IMG/VR virus record: IMGVR_UViG_3300043451_000039 | Span: 128,001 to 174,396 of that record | Length of the DNA: 46,396 bases | Direction: 5' to 3' (one strand) | Source of the DNA: a virus | Taxonomy: Duplodnaviria; Heunggongvirae; Uroviricota; Caudoviricetes | Shown here: positions 6,456-16,307 of the stretch, one piece after another | Numbering within the stretch: position 1 is the first letter of the stretch | Layout: every line of letters starts with the position of its first letter | Translations under genes and position numbers: made by a program | Notes under the pieces: model-generated | Database searches by the model: none | Seen by the model: only the letters and a program-made list of their open reading frames with translations | Told to the model about the DNA's origin: nothing

Positions 6456-7427
6456 TTAATTTGGCTTTGGGAGACTCTTAACATATGGTAACCACTGTTT
6501 TTGTAGTTCTACCATATCCCTACGAACACCCTTTGGACCCACAGATTTTGTATCTAGGAAGATATAGTTCTCTTCCATGAATTTCTTATACTCAGCTGTT
6601 TTTAGGGCTGCAATAAAGTTCTTCTCATACCACTTGGCAATCTCTGGTGGGGTATTTGGAGGCAGAGCCACATTCCAGCATCCATAAACATTTAGACCAG
6701 CCACAGAGTCTTTCATTAGTGGCACTTCAGCAGGGATACCTGCAAGTTTAGTCTCACCAGCTACGCCGATTAACTTAACCTTACCTGTTCCAACGAGTTG
6801 GTTGGCGATAGCGATAGGCATAACACCAAACTCAGTACCAGTCTTACCATCATATTGGGCTACACTTGTAACAGCTGGTACTGGACCTTTGAATACGATC
6901 GGAAGAACCTTCTCTTTGTTACCATTAACATTCTGCATAAAATACTCGAATGCTAGGTAGTGCGCTGAACCACCAACAGCAAAGTTAATCTCACGACCAG
7001 AAGTTACTTCTTTAACAAGTTCAGGAATGCTATTTACATTGCTCTTAGAACTAGCCACAAAAGCCATTGGGCTCTTGCCGATGTTAGTCACCAATGTCAA
7101 ATCCATTGGGCTACGTGTGATTAGATTAGAGAAGTGTGCTTCTGAAAATAAGAAACCACTAACACAAGATGGGATACCAACAGTATAACCATCTGGTGGT
7201 GATTCGAGTAACTGCTTGAGCATAATATTACCATCAGCGCCAGCTTTATTAAACAGAGCGAAGGTAGCCTTACCTTTACTCTCGATATGAGAAGTAATCA
7301 ATCGAGCAGTCACTTCACCACCTGAGCCAGCACTTGTTGGCAACAATACTGTAATTGGATGTTTAGGGTTTGGTTCCCAAGCATTAGCAATCAGAGGGAA
7401 CAATAATAGTAGTAAAAATTTTTTCAA
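6456..7427 (-). CDS. Bug/TctC substrate-binding protein (second paralog)
   Basis: Signal peptide, NKAGADGNI, PPDGYT, FKG, PPNTP. Confidence 0.9.
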   Translation of the reverse strand: MKKFLLLLLFPLIANAWEPNPKHPITVLLPTSAGSGGEVTARLITSHIESKGKATFALFNKAGADGNIMLKQLLESPPDGYTVGIPSCVSGFLFSEAHFSNLITRSPMDLTLVTNIGKSPMAFVASSKSNVNSIPELVKEVTSGREINFAVGGSAHYLAFEYFMQNVNGNKEKVLPIVFKGPVPAVTSVAQYDGKTGTEFGVMPIAIANQLVGTGKVKLIGVAGETKLAGIPAEVPLMKDSVAGLNVYGCWNVALPPNTPPEIAKWYEKNFIAALKTAEYKKFMEENYIFLDTKSVGPKGVRRDMVELQKQWLPYVKSLPKPN

Positions 7428-7511
7428 TTTAATTTATTCCTGTGTTAGTTGGACAATCATACATTTTTCTAAGTTCATTCAATTCTGAGAAGAACTTCTT
7501 AATACGCTCTA

Positions 7512-8528
7512 TCATAGAAAATCACTTCTATACAAACTGGTGCCATCTACCAAATCCATAACCCACTCATGATCAACGATGTGATAATGAGAAGTTTGGA
7601 CAACTTTATTAGCAGCATAGAACTCTAGACCACAATCCTTTAGAAATTTCTTCGAAGCCCACTTATATGTTTTCGGATCTGGCGACAAATACTTTTCTTC
7701 GTATCTACCAATAGACCATTTCTGAAAATCAACAGTGTCATAAAACGCCACGAATCTATCAGCACCTGGAAGAGCACGCTGACGATTCACCTTACCCATT
7801 TGCCATTTAGCATTTAATTCTATAAAAGAAAGATACTCAGGAACAGTCTTAACTGGTTCTCCTGGCCACTTCTCTAACATAGAACCTACCAATCCAACTT
7901 GATCTTTAGAAAGATAATCTTCCCAAGCCATAGTGAATTCTTCTGGCTTCAATGTAAAGTATCTACCATAGAGTTGGTCACCAAGATACCCACTAACGAC
8001 TAACCCCTCATCAAATAATGGAGTCATCAATGGAACTGTTAAGTGAGCCTCTATTCCTCTTGGAACAATATACTTCTCTAGCATATTCCCAGACTCAACA
8101 ATAGAACTGTAGTTACAAAAAACTTTAAGTTGCTTTGGGTCAGCGACTTCCATCAAAGCGAATAATGCTGTTGTGCTATCCAAACCACCAGACCAAGAAA
8201 TGTTTATCTTCTTACCAGTAGCAACTAACTTCTGAGCAGTCTCTAAACAAATCTGTTTGAATGATTTATTAAAAGATGAATCATACTCTGGCAGTGGTTC
8301 ATACTCTGCCATTTTAAGATAGTGTGGGATTGTTTTAGTTCTATCTTGAAACATATCCATGTTACCTTGATGAACCTTAGCAGAACCTTTAATGTCCCAC
8401 TGCTCAAGATTTAACTTTTGATATATCGGTAAGACTTTATCAAAGTGTTCTGATTTATACGGATCCAACTTAGGTGAATCAATAATTCTGTCTTCCCATA
8501 ATCTATGTATAATACAATTTCGAATCAT
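7512..8528 (-). CDS. PP-loop (N-type ATP pyrophosphatase) asparagine-synthetase-like protein
   Basis: SWSGGLDST and SGYLGDQLYG motifs. Confidence 0.75.
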   Translation of the reverse strand: MIRNCIIHRLWEDRIIDSPKLDPYKSEHFDKVLPIYQKLNLEQWDIKGSAKVHQGNMDMFQDRTKTIPHYLKMAEYEPLPEYDSSFNKSFKQICLETAQKLVATGKKINISWSGGLDSTTALFALMEVADPKQLKVFCNYSSIVESGNMLEKYIVPRGIEAHLTVPLMTPLFDEGLVVSGYLGDQLYGRYFTLKPEEFTMAWEDYLSKDQVGLVGSMLEKWPGEPVKTVPEYLSFIELNAKWQMGKVNRQRALPGADRFVAFYDTVDFQKWSIGRYEEKYLSPDPKTYKWASKKFLKDCGLEFYAANKVVQTSHYHIVDHEWVMDLVDGTSLYRSDFL

Positions 8529-8836
8529 TGCCCTAATCTTAATCTAACTGGTAACAAGTTTTCTCGAATACCCCATCGACCATTGTAATCGGTGATGATA
8601 ACATACTCTCTGTTTTTAATAATTCTATCTTTGTTGTCGTGGATATATTTTATTGAATGTGGTGACGCTAATATTAATTTCTCTGGGACCAGAACCTCAT
8701 AGGCATCAGTATGATTTACAAACCCATCTTCTTGAGATGAGTCGTACCAAAAGATGCTTTTGAGTGTTCTGGTGTTCCCATTAATACATGGGTAAAATGG
8801 AATATTCCAAACCCAGCCTTTAATTATCGGTTCCAT
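8525..8836 (-). CDS. hypothetical protein
   Basis: Fills the operon gap and overlaps both neighbours; start trimmed to MEPIIK. Confidence 0.6.
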   Translation of the reverse strand: MEPIIKGWVWNIPFYPCINGNTRTLKSIFWYDSSQEDGFVNHTDAYEVLVPEKLILASPHSIKYIHDNKDRIIKNREYVIITDYNGRWGIRENLLPVRLRLGQ

Positions 8837-9041
8837 ATTTACCTGCATCAACCTTGTTCCATGCACGCTCATGGAAGAAGTATAAAATGCTGTTTACTAC
8901 AAGAGCAAACGATACAACACCTAGACCAACAGCCCATGATCCAGAAGCCAACCATCCACCAACGAAGTTAGTGATAGTTACAAGAATACGCCAAGTAACA
9001 ACTTTACCTAGCGAACGCATTGCTTTTTCATAAAATTTCAT
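8820..9041 (-). CDS. DUF2061-like small membrane protein
   Basis: RSLGKVVTWR...LYFFHERAW. Confidence 0.8.
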   Translation of the reverse strand: MKFYEKAMRSLGKVVTWRILVTITNFVGGWLASGSWAVGLGVVSFALVVNSILYFFHERAWNKVDAGKYGTDN

Positions 9042-9508
9042 GTTTTAATTACCTCTATGTTACATTTAGTTAAAAAATCAAGACCATCAGTATTACGGTA
9101 AGAATTACGGTAATATAATTTACTTATGCCTGCTCCATATATCAATTTAGCACATTGAACGCAAGGAGCATGAGTACAGAATAAATCAGCACCACGACCA
9201 GACTCACCATCACGAGCGAGTTTCGCAATCGCATTTGCTTCCGCATGAATTACCTCATCTTTCGTAACAAGTTTATAGGTTACCCATTCATCGTGTAATT
9301 TATCAGTTTGTTCAGACCAATCACCATCATCGCAATAGATCTTGTGCTCACAGTTATTATCCCAACCAGCAGGTGTTCCATTGTATCCGATTGAGATGAT
9401 GCGATTATCTTTTACAACAACTGCACCAACATGTAATCTGCGAGAACTTGAAAGCTGAGCAAATCGCTCAGCAGTATCCATAAATGCTTTAATCCACTTT
9501 TCTTTCAT
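9038..9508 (-). CDS. cd: dCMP deaminase
   Basis: GYNG, HAEANA, PCVQC. Confidence 0.93.
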   Translation of the reverse strand: MKEKWIKAFMDTAERFAQLSSSRRLHVGAVVVKDNRIISIGYNGTPAGWDNNCEHKIYCDDGDWSEQTDKLHDEWVTYKLVTKDEVIHAEANAIAKLARDGESGRGADLFCTHAPCVQCAKLIYGAGISKLYYRNSYRNTDGLDFLTKCNIEVIKT

Positions 9509-10257
9509 TTGCTAAATCCAAAAGGACATTTACTGTCATTATATTTTAATTTTCTATGGTTAGGATATGACGAGTGTAATTCATATTCAATACGCATTCT
9601 ATGCCAATCTTCAACATCAATAAGATGATGGTGTAATTTTACCCTCTTATCAGAAATTGGAATCATATGCGCAAGAGGGTCACCTGCTTCATAAGAAACG
9701 ATTGAACCATTACGAATGAACATGTTAACATTGGTATAAACTTGATACTTGTAATCAACAACAGCAGACAAGGTTCTAACATTTTGAGCATTATCTGTTC
9801 TATGCCAGTCACACATATTCCATGTAAACTTTACTCCGCTTTTCTCTTTTACTAACCACGGAGAAATAAGTTTAGCATGAGTATATCCCTGATACAATGA
9901 GTCGCCATATTGGACTCTTGGATGATTCTCAACCATTACTGCTTGAAAATGTGAACCAGCAGAAGCGAGAATACAATTACCCTGATCAGTCATTTCAATA
10001 GAGAACTGATGCCAAGCAGGCAGAATAAAACCATTAGCAAATAAATCTGTTATACCATTACACATCTTTATGGTTGGTACATTAGAAACTAATTTACTTG
10101 ATGGGTCTTGACTGGCTTTAACATCAATCTTTTTAGGATATGTTTTTATTGGATCAGGGTAAAATTTGCTTGCCTGATCAATCCTAAAATTATTGTAGAC
10201 TGTAGCGTTGGAAACGAAACAATCTACATGTATAGTTTGTGGTTTAAACCAAAACAT
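9505..10257 (-). CDS. conserved phage hypothetical protein
   Basis: TIKMC..GF.LPAW, KLISPW, GDPLAHMIP, C-terminal KCPF. Confidence 0.7.
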   Translation of the reverse strand: MFWFKPQTIHVDCFVSNATVYNNFRIDQASKFYPDPIKTYPKKIDVKASQDPSSKLVSNVPTIKMCNGITDLFANGFILPAWHQFSIEMTDQGNCILASAGSHFQAVMVENHPRVQYGDSLYQGYTHAKLISPWLVKEKSGVKFTWNMCDWHRTDNAQNVRTLSAVVDYKYQVYTNVNMFIRNGSIVSYEAGDPLAHMIPISDKRVKLHHHLIDVEDWHRMRIEYELHSSYPNHRKLKYNDSKCPFGFSK

Positions 10258-10951
10258 TAGGATCCTCTGCTAATCCTCTCCATGCGACTAATCGTTCAGC
10301 ACTCCAATAATCCCATGAGTCATTGTCAAACTTAGCGAACTGAACATATGTATCTTTCATATCATATGTTTTAACTTTAATCTCATAGAATCCATCATAT
10401 GCTGGTTTAACTGCAACCTCAAACCAATCAGTGCGCTCAGCATCAACATAATCTTCACCAAGACGATCGATGAGGTATTCCTCTGCTCTGGTACGCAAGT
10501 CACCAAACTCGATAATGTCTTCGGGGAGATTTTCAATGCTATCGATATCACCGATATCGTATTCATAATAATCATCGCCAAAATCGTTGCTGAATTGGCC
10601 AGCGTAACCCATACCTGACTCTTGGTAAATGGCTTCTACATTCCAACCTTCTTCAACTAGATATTCATAGAACGCAATTGGTGGTGACCAAGCAGATTCA
10701 AATGAAACCCAAATCTCATTATCATCACGACGCTCATAATCAATAATACTGGCTTCCCATTTGGTACCCCAGTTATTTACTGACCAATCATATTCCCATT
10801 CACCTTTTGGATTTGGGCGAATAGAGTTAAAGAATTCACCAAGAGAACGATGACTTTCTTTATCTCGTTTACCTAGTTCTGCGTCAAGAGCATCAATTTT
10901 AGATTTATCTTCGTGACGCAAAGTCACCACATTGTCGCACCAATTTGGCAT
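10244..10951 (-). CDS. DUF1281/YubB ferredoxin-like domain protein
   Basis: MPNWC.N, NWGTKW, FESAWSPP. Confidence 0.8.
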   Translation of the reverse strand: MPNWCDNVVTLRHEDKSKIDALDAELGKRDKESHRSLGEFFNSIRPNPKGEWEYDWSVNNWGTKWEASIIDYERRDDNEIWVSFESAWSPPIAFYEYLVEEGWNVEAIYQESGMGYAGQFSNDFGDDYYEYDIGDIDSIENLPEDIIEFGDLRTRAEEYLIDRLGEDYVDAERTDWFEVAVKPAYDGFYEIKVKTYDMKDTYVQFAKFDNDSWDYWSAERLVAWRGLAEDPNVLV

Positions 10952-10967
10952 AATATAACTCCATGAT

Positions 10968-11186
10968 TTAAAGGTTTTTTATTCTGTTGATAACTTCATT
11001 TGCTAACTTCATACCCTCACGCTCCATTATGTCATCGAATAGTTCTTCTCTGGCTAATTGGATATTGTTAAGGATAATCATTGCTTCTGCTTCACTCATC
11101 GAGTTCAATATCATTGCGAACTCGTCTTCTTCCAAACTCAAAAGGAATAGTATAAAGTCTCTATCTTCGTCTTCAAGATGGCGCAC
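10968..11186 (-). CDS. hypothetical acidic protein
   Basis: Operonic ORF. Confidence 0.7.
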   Translation of the reverse strand: MRHLEDEDRDFILFLLSLEEDEFAMILNSMSEAEAMIILNNIQLAREELFDDIMEREGMKLANEVINRIKNL

Positions 11187-11604
11187 TTTCTTTGGCTTTC
11201 TTTTCTAATGGAGGAATGAACCCAGCATCAGTTACCAATTTTCTAGTGATCTTTGGATATTTTTTATGTAGCGTCTGGTCTTTTACAGCAATCAATACTT
11301 CTGCTTCTAGTGGATGAACACCCTCAAGCAAAGAGATAAACAATCCCTCACGCTTTAATGGTGTTAAGTCAGCACGACAGAATACATAGAAACGACGGAT
11401 TTCACCAAACAAGTTTGTTGGTGTCATACCTAGTGGCTCAGCAGCAGGTTTAAATGGAGGCTCACCCTCGGGAAGAATCCATTTCTTTGCGGGATCAAAA
11501 GCATATTCGAAAATACCTTTCAATACTGCGTCACCTTTATATTGCTCAATACATTTTGGATCTGCTTGAATATCGTCAAGCATTTGGGTCAAATATTTTC
11601 TCAT
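11173..11604 (-). CDS. conserved T4-like hypothetical protein next to rnh
   Basis: LPEGEPPFKP, REGLFISLLEGVHP.EA. Confidence 0.8.
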   Translation of the reverse strand: MRKYLTQMLDDIQADPKCIEQYKGDAVLKGIFEYAFDPAKKWILPEGEPPFKPAAEPLGMTPTNLFGEIRRFYVFCRADLTPLKREGLFISLLEGVHPLEAEVLIAVKDQTLHKKYPKITRKLVTDAGFIPPLEKKAKESAPS

Positions 11605-12497
11605 TAAAAATCCTCTAGTTCATCTAACAGTAAACGGCATTTATGTTCAATCAAGTAATTCATGATTGCCATTTTATCACCCTTTGGTTTCTTATTTATG
11701 TATGAATCAATAATCTCTTTAGAGACATCTTCAGGAATAAAGTCAAAGTCAACTAGAGTTGCGTTACGATGCCAGTTACGACGCTCTTCATCATTCTTAC
11801 AAGCAATGAAACCATTATCAAAGAATTCTTGAAGTCGTTTTGCGCTCATAGGTTTCTGGCGCTCACCTTCTATGAACACATTATCTTTACTTAGAATGTT
11901 TGGAACACCATCACCAGAGTCGCCTTTTACGATATGTTCAATTTTATGTTCAATGATTTCCTTCTTGGTTGCAGTGATATACTTCTTCTGCATTGGAGAC
12001 CATTGCTTAACATTCGGATATAGCTGAAGTTGTTTGAAGTCTTTGTCAGAAGAAAGGATAAGAATCTTCTGGGATTCTTCAACCAAACCTTCTCGAACAA
12101 GTTCATTCTCTTGAGCATACTTGGTAAGGACAGCGATAATATCATCTGCTTCAGCACGATCTACGTGCATAACTTTGTATGGAAAATATGTGTCAAGGTC
12201 AGTGCGCATCTCTGAAAGAGTATCAAAGATTAGACCCCAGTCAAGATCGGATTTCTCGCGATTAGATTTACGCATACCCTTATAGAACTCAAAGAATTCT
12301 TTGCGCCAGTATTTGCGACCATCACAACAGATAACTACATCACCAAACTCTTTGCCATATTTTTTCTTATATGACTTAATTGTGGACAATGTTACATGAC
12401 GAATGAGGTTCTTGACCTCGGATTCTGTTCCCTTCAACTCACGCTGAAATGTCAAAATGGCTGCGAGAGCAACCTGAGAATAATCAATTAGAATCAT
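11604..12497 (-). CDS. rnh: T4-type RNase H (5'-3' exonuclease)
   Basis: ILIDYSQ, YWR..YK, EADDII, SSDKDFKQL, GDSGDGVPN. Confidence 0.96.
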   Translation of the reverse strand: MILIDYSQVALAAILTFQRELKGTESEVKNLIRHVTLSTIKSYKKKYGKEFGDVVICCDGRKYWRKEFFEFYKGMRKSNREKSDLDWGLIFDTLSEMRTDLDTYFPYKVMHVDRAEADDIIAVLTKYAQENELVREGLVEESQKILILSSDKDFKQLQLYPNVKQWSPMQKKYITATKKEIIEHKIEHIVKGDSGDGVPNILSKDNVFIEGERQKPMSAKRLQEFFDNGFIACKNDEERRNWHRNATLVDFDFIPEDVSKEIIDSYINKKPKGDKMAIMNYLIEHKCRLLLDELEDF

Positions 12498-13114
12498 AAT
12501 GTCCTTGGGTCTTTGTAATTTAGAAAATGCGTAATACAGAATCTACCAGCGCCTTGAATGTCAGGCATTGATACTTTATTAACTTTGTGTGGTGTGCAAC
12601 TTGGAAAAATTAATGCTCTATTGTTTAAACAATCAACGGTAAGTTTCTTATCATCAATTAATGATTCTAGGACTAACTCACCACCAGTAAATTGTTTTGG
12701 TTCTTTGTAGACCCAAATAATAACTGTAAAAATAGCAACATCAGTATGAGTTTCATAGTAGTCACCATCAGTATAGTATGATAGCAAAGTACTTGAATCG
12801 TTTATTGTTCTAAAAATTCTATACAAAGAATTATAACGCATCATCTGATTTTTTAAACCATCGCTGCGAATAGTATTATAATCAAACTCTACAATCTTAG
12901 AAGAATTCTCATCAATAAATGCTCCATGATTACTTTTTAGTAATTCATTATTCACACCAGTAGCTGATGCAGTATTTTCTGGTGTTGATAGAAGTGGTAT
13001 TAGTGATTGACATTCATTAAGAACCACATTTAGTTGTTCTTCTGAATAGAAGTTATCAATAACAACTATATCAAAACCATCTGCAACATAACTAACCTTT
13101 AACTGGTGATCCAT
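12494..13114 (-). CDS. 2OG-Fe(II) oxygenase (prolyl-4-hydroxylase-like)
   Basis: YY..GDYY..HTD, FTGGEL, FPS...H.V, R; start trimmed. Confidence 0.88.
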   Translation of the reverse strand: MDHQLKVSYVADGFDIVVIDNFYSEEQLNVVLNECQSLIPLLSTPENTASATGVNNELLKSNHGAFIDENSSKIVEFDYNTIRSDGLKNQMMRYNSLYRIFRTINDSSTLLSYYTDGDYYETHTDVAIFTVIIWVYKEPKQFTGGELVLESLIDDKKLTVDCLNNRALIFPSCTPHKVNKVSMPDIQGAGRFCITHFLNYKDPRTL

Positions 13115-14250
13115 CAAAATGCCCCGAGCAAGATACACTCTTCATTAATACGACCATTCGGTTGAGAAGGTTTTGTCTTCAATGTCTTCATGGCACTATT
13201 CAATGCACGCTTACCCATGGATAATCCCTTAAAGAATTCTTCTGGTTTGCGTAGCGTAAATGCCTTTGATTCTTTAATATCAAAGCCAATAATTGTTGTT
13301 CCCTTAACAGATAGCGTAGTACCCTCTGCTTTGTAAACACCAACACGACGATACTTGGTATTGTAAAACCAAACCTCACTAGAACCAATTATAGTTGAAG
13401 GTTGAATAGATTTCAAGTTTAATTCTGCAAAGTCCTTCATGTATTTCATCTTAGCAACCAATTTGGCTGGAGAAACTTCTTTGCGTTTACGAGGAGCACG
13501 ATTGGCTTTTGCAGTTTGAACCATCTGGTTACAATCAGCAATAATAATTTCAATGAAGGTAGCAAACCTTTTGAGTTCTCGTTTATTAAAATTGGAGTAA
13601 CCCTCAACGAGTTGATCATCTTCACCCTCGATGGCTGCACTAATTTCCATCAAACGATCTACATAGAATTCACCAATTCGTTTGGCGATTGGACCAGCCA
13701 CTTGATTGGCCAATAGGTAGTTCTTTGTGGAGAAGTCAGACTTACAATCATTTAGAACAAAGTCATCAATTGCGCCTTCAATTTCACCAGCAAGTTCATG
13801 GGCTTTATCTTCCATGCGTTGTTGAATTGAAATTACATTAGAAGGTAGTGCTGCTTTTGCGGCAGCTGCGTCTTTAATATCCTGTTTGTCTTGAGACTTT
13901 TGACGCTTAGTAATCTGAGACTTTAGGAATTCTACACGCTCATTAAAATAGTTCTGCTCTTTCTCTTGAAGTTCAGAACCGATATCCATCAAACGAGCAA
14001 GAATGCCAGCATGACGGAAATGGTATTCGTCAACCTTAAGAAACTCTACTGCAGCTTTCTTGTCAGTCTTAGCGTAGTGGCTGATGAACCACTTCTTCTT
14101 ATCCTTATCATCATTGTTTGAATTGTAGTAATTCAACATGTACATAAGGTCACGCTGGTAGGTATCATGGCTGAGCACACGCTCATCACCTTTCATAAGG
14201 CGATCTGCTTTTTCAATTGCTTGTTTGCGTTTTGCGGTATTCACAGCCAT
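13114..14250 (-). CDS. conserved T4-like hypothetical protein
   Basis: C-terminal YNTKYR..VKGTT..TLRKP..NGRINE pattern. Confidence 0.8.
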   Translation of the reverse strand: MAVNTAKRKQAIEKADRLMKGDERVLSHDTYQRDLMYMLNYYNSNNDDKDKKKWFISHYAKTDKKAAVEFLKVDEYHFRHAGILARLMDIGSELQEKEQNYFNERVEFLKSQITKRQKSQDKQDIKDAAAAKAALPSNVISIQQRMEDKAHELAGEIEGAIDDFVLNDCKSDFSTKNYLLANQVAGPIAKRIGEFYVDRLMEISAAIEGEDDQLVEGYSNFNKRELKRFATFIEIIIADCNQMVQTAKANRAPRKRKEVSPAKLVAKMKYMKDFAELNLKSIQPSTIIGSSEVWFYNTKYRRVGVYKAEGTTLSVKGTTIIGFDIKESKAFTLRKPEEFFKGLSMGKRALNSAMKTLKTKPSQPNGRINEECILLGAF

Positions 14251-14262
14251 GATATAATCCTA

Positions 14263-14448
14263 TTATTTTGAAGAGAAAGAAAGTCCTTGACCACTAACAA
14301 CTGCACCAAGAATCAATGCAGCGCACCATGTATCAAAGGTCAGCGGAATTGCCAACGCAGGGAACAAGCAATTGAGTGACCAGATAGTAGCAACTGGACC
14401 AATAAAAATAAGAAACGCAATAAGCGCAATAATCAAAATAAATTTCAT
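14263..14448 (-). CDS. small membrane protein
   Basis: Two hydrophobic segments. Confidence 0.65.
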   Translation of the reverse strand: MKFILIIALIAFLIFIGPVATIWSLNCLFPALAIPLTFDTWCAALILGAVVSGQGLSFSSK

Positions 14449-14741
14449 AGTGTAAACTCCACTTTAGTTACTGAGTCCCAGCGGAAAGATCTCCACTCGG
14501 TTTTGTCAAGGTCAAAGACCCGAACTGCGGATCCAGAAGACGTGACAGCTGAGCCTTCGGTCTTAGGGATTTTGTCTGAAGGGATTTTTCCTTCAACGAG
14601 GGTACAACGCATGTCTCGTAGTGTCCCGTCTTTTTTGGTGAAAGTAACGCACAGATCTTTGACTTTGTCATCGTGGAGAACTCCAAGTGTCCAGGTTTTA
14701 AATTCTTCAAACTCTTTATCATCCTTGAATACTGTTTGCAT
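14445..14741 (-). CDS. WYL-like SH3 beta-barrel protein
   Basis: VTFTKKDGT.R.M.CTL...VFD..K.EWRSFR. Confidence 0.8.
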   Translation of the reverse strand: MQTVFKDDKEFEEFKTWTLGVLHDDKVKDLCVTFTKKDGTLRDMRCTLVEGKIPSDKIPKTEGSAVTSSGSAVRVFDLDKTEWRSFRWDSVTKVEFTL

Positions 14742-14961
14742 TATCTAACTCTTTCTTCATATCATTAATAAATGGACCAAAGAAGGTAAAGAACTCTTTG
14801 GTGTCATAGAAAGTTGTATAACCAGTGTTACTGATTTCTTTACCTTTCTCATCGATCAATACTTGTTTGATCGTAAATTCAATCAAGTCATAGGTATGAC
14901 TCTTAACTTTGACAGTTCGGGTCAAACCATCACGAACAATTTCATATTCATAATCCATCAT
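14719..14961 (-). CDS. hypothetical protein
   Basis: Operonic ORF. Confidence 0.65.
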   Translation of the reverse strand: MMDYEYEIVRDGLTRTVKVKSHTYDLIEFTIKQVLIDEKGKEISNTGYTTFYDTKEFFTFFGPFINDMKKELDNANSIQG

Positions 14962-15085
14962 GTGTCTTTCTATGTTTCGGTTGACGAGTGTACTTAACCT
15001 TCGACTCCACTACACGCATGCGGTATTTGGGAGTCCTTAAATCCTTGGCTACAAGGTTTTTAGGTTTCGAAGGTTTATTATACAT
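14948..15085 (-). CDS. 45-aa basic protein resembling ArfA (not in the ORF track)
   Basis: MYNKPSKPKNLVAKDLRTPKYRMRVVESKVKYTRQPKHRKTHDGL; fills the gap exactly. Confidence 0.65.
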   Translation of the reverse strand: MYNKPSKPKNLVAKDLRTPKYRMRVVESKVKYTRQPKHRKTHDGL

Positions 15086-15094
15086 CTCTTTCTC

Positions 15095-15316
15095 TTACAA
15101 AGCAAATTTCTTTAAAACATCATTGGCTTCTTTGCAGTTACCAACCAACTCATCCATCTCAGCAAGGATAACCATTTGAGATAGAGCCTCAGCCATCTTG
15201 CGATCTTCAGCTGATAGGTTGTTCAAGTATTCTTCATACTCTTCGTAGGAATAAAGTTCCCACATCTCGTCAAGCATTTGAACTTGTTTTTCAGTCAGGT
15301 TATCAATTTGAATCAT
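15095..15316 (-). CDS. hypothetical acidic protein
   Basis: Operonic ORF. Confidence 0.7.
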   Translation of the reverse strand: MIQIDNLTEKQVQMLDEMWELYSYEEYEEYLNNLSAEDRKMAEALSQMVILAEMDELVGNCKEANDVLKKFAL

Positions 15317-15804
15317 TCAAAATCTCCATTTGGCATAACAATCCCAGACTCAGACACCCATCCGTTTGTCCATGATGGTTTCTCATCTGAGTCATAGGTC
15401 AATCCGAGAGCCTTCATCATAAAGTGTTTCACTCGCAAATTAGGCATACGGAATCTTTCAGTTGGAGTAAATCCCATCATAGAACCCACTTCAACAACAG
15501 CACCGCTACGGCAAATACCAGCATGGCAGTGAACCAGAACATTCATAGAATTATCCAACGCATGCTGCAAGAGTCGAACCAACTCATCGGCTTGTTCTTG
15601 AGTAACAAGAACTTCGTCAGGAAACCCATCATCAGCGTCTAGAAACTCGAACTGATGTATTTCTTTGAAAGAATGTTTCGGCTCTGGGAAGAATGTAGCA
15701 GGATCCGCAATTTGGATCAGCATAGCATTCTCACCCATATCTGTGTGGTGACCATTCCTCACTGCATCTCTACTCACATTTTCAATCCAACGCATTACAT
15801 TCAA
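15313..15804 (-). CDS. Cys-based (PTP/dual-specificity) phosphatase
   Basis: VHCHAGICRS = HCX5R. Confidence 0.88.
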   Translation of the reverse strand: MNVMRWIENVSRDAVRNGHHTDMGENAMLIQIADPATFFPEPKHSFKEIHQFEFLDADDGFPDEVLVTQEQADELVRLLQHALDNSMNVLVHCHAGICRSGAVVEVGSMMGFTPTERFRMPNLRVKHFMMKALGLTYDSDEKPSWTNGWVSESGIVMPNGDFE

Positions 15805-16103
15805 CCTTGAAAAATATTAGACCAAGTCATCAACTTGTTCAGCTTCTCGTTCTTTGCAGTCATCACTGCGGATTCACTGATAACACCATTGTCAATCAGC
15901 AAGTCAATCATACACATCAAGTCACCAATTTCTTCCTCGAGGTGTTCTCGATTATTAATCTTAGTAACAGGATGTTCATCTTCCATACCAAACCGAAATA
16001 CCTTGCTAATTGCTTGGCTTACTTCGGCGCATTCTTCTTGAGTGATCAATAGGATTTCACTATCGATCGCATTCTTTTGTTTCATCATAGCAAACTTATT
16101 CAC
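15801..16103 (-). CDS. MazG-like NTP pyrophosphohydrolase
   Basis: EECAEV...LEEEIGDL. Confidence 0.85.
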   Translation of the reverse strand: MNKFAMMKQKNAIDSEILLITQEECAEVSQAISKVFRFGMEDEHPVTKINNREHLEEEIGDLMCMIDLLIDNGVISESAVMTAKNEKLNKLMTWSNIFQG

Positions 16104-16248
16104 TTGTTACCTCATTCCATCTTTCTTCAACAACTTCATTCACCCAACTACAAGGCACTTCCAAGTAATTGGCAATTTCTTCGCATGACCACTTGGTTGT
16201 GTCCAAGTAGTAGTTAATCTGTTCCCAAAGATCTTTCATTGAACTCAT
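16096..16248 (-). CDS. small HTH-like protein (not in the ORF track)
   Basis: MSSMKDLWEQINYYLDTTKWSCEEIANYLEVPCSWV...; GAAAGG SD; downstream of a promoter. Confidence 0.55.
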   Translation of the reverse strand: MSSMKDLWEQINYYLDTTKWSCEEIANYLEVPCSWVNEVVEERWNEVTSE

Positions 16249-16277
16249 ATCAACCTTTCATCAAACCCGACATGGTT

Positions 16278-16306
16278 ATTATACTATGTGTAAGAATAAA
16301 AGTCAA
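16278..16306 (-). promoter_or_regulatory. sigma70-type promoter
   Basis: TTGACT-N17-TATAAT. Confidence 0.8.
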
Positions 16307-16307
16307 G

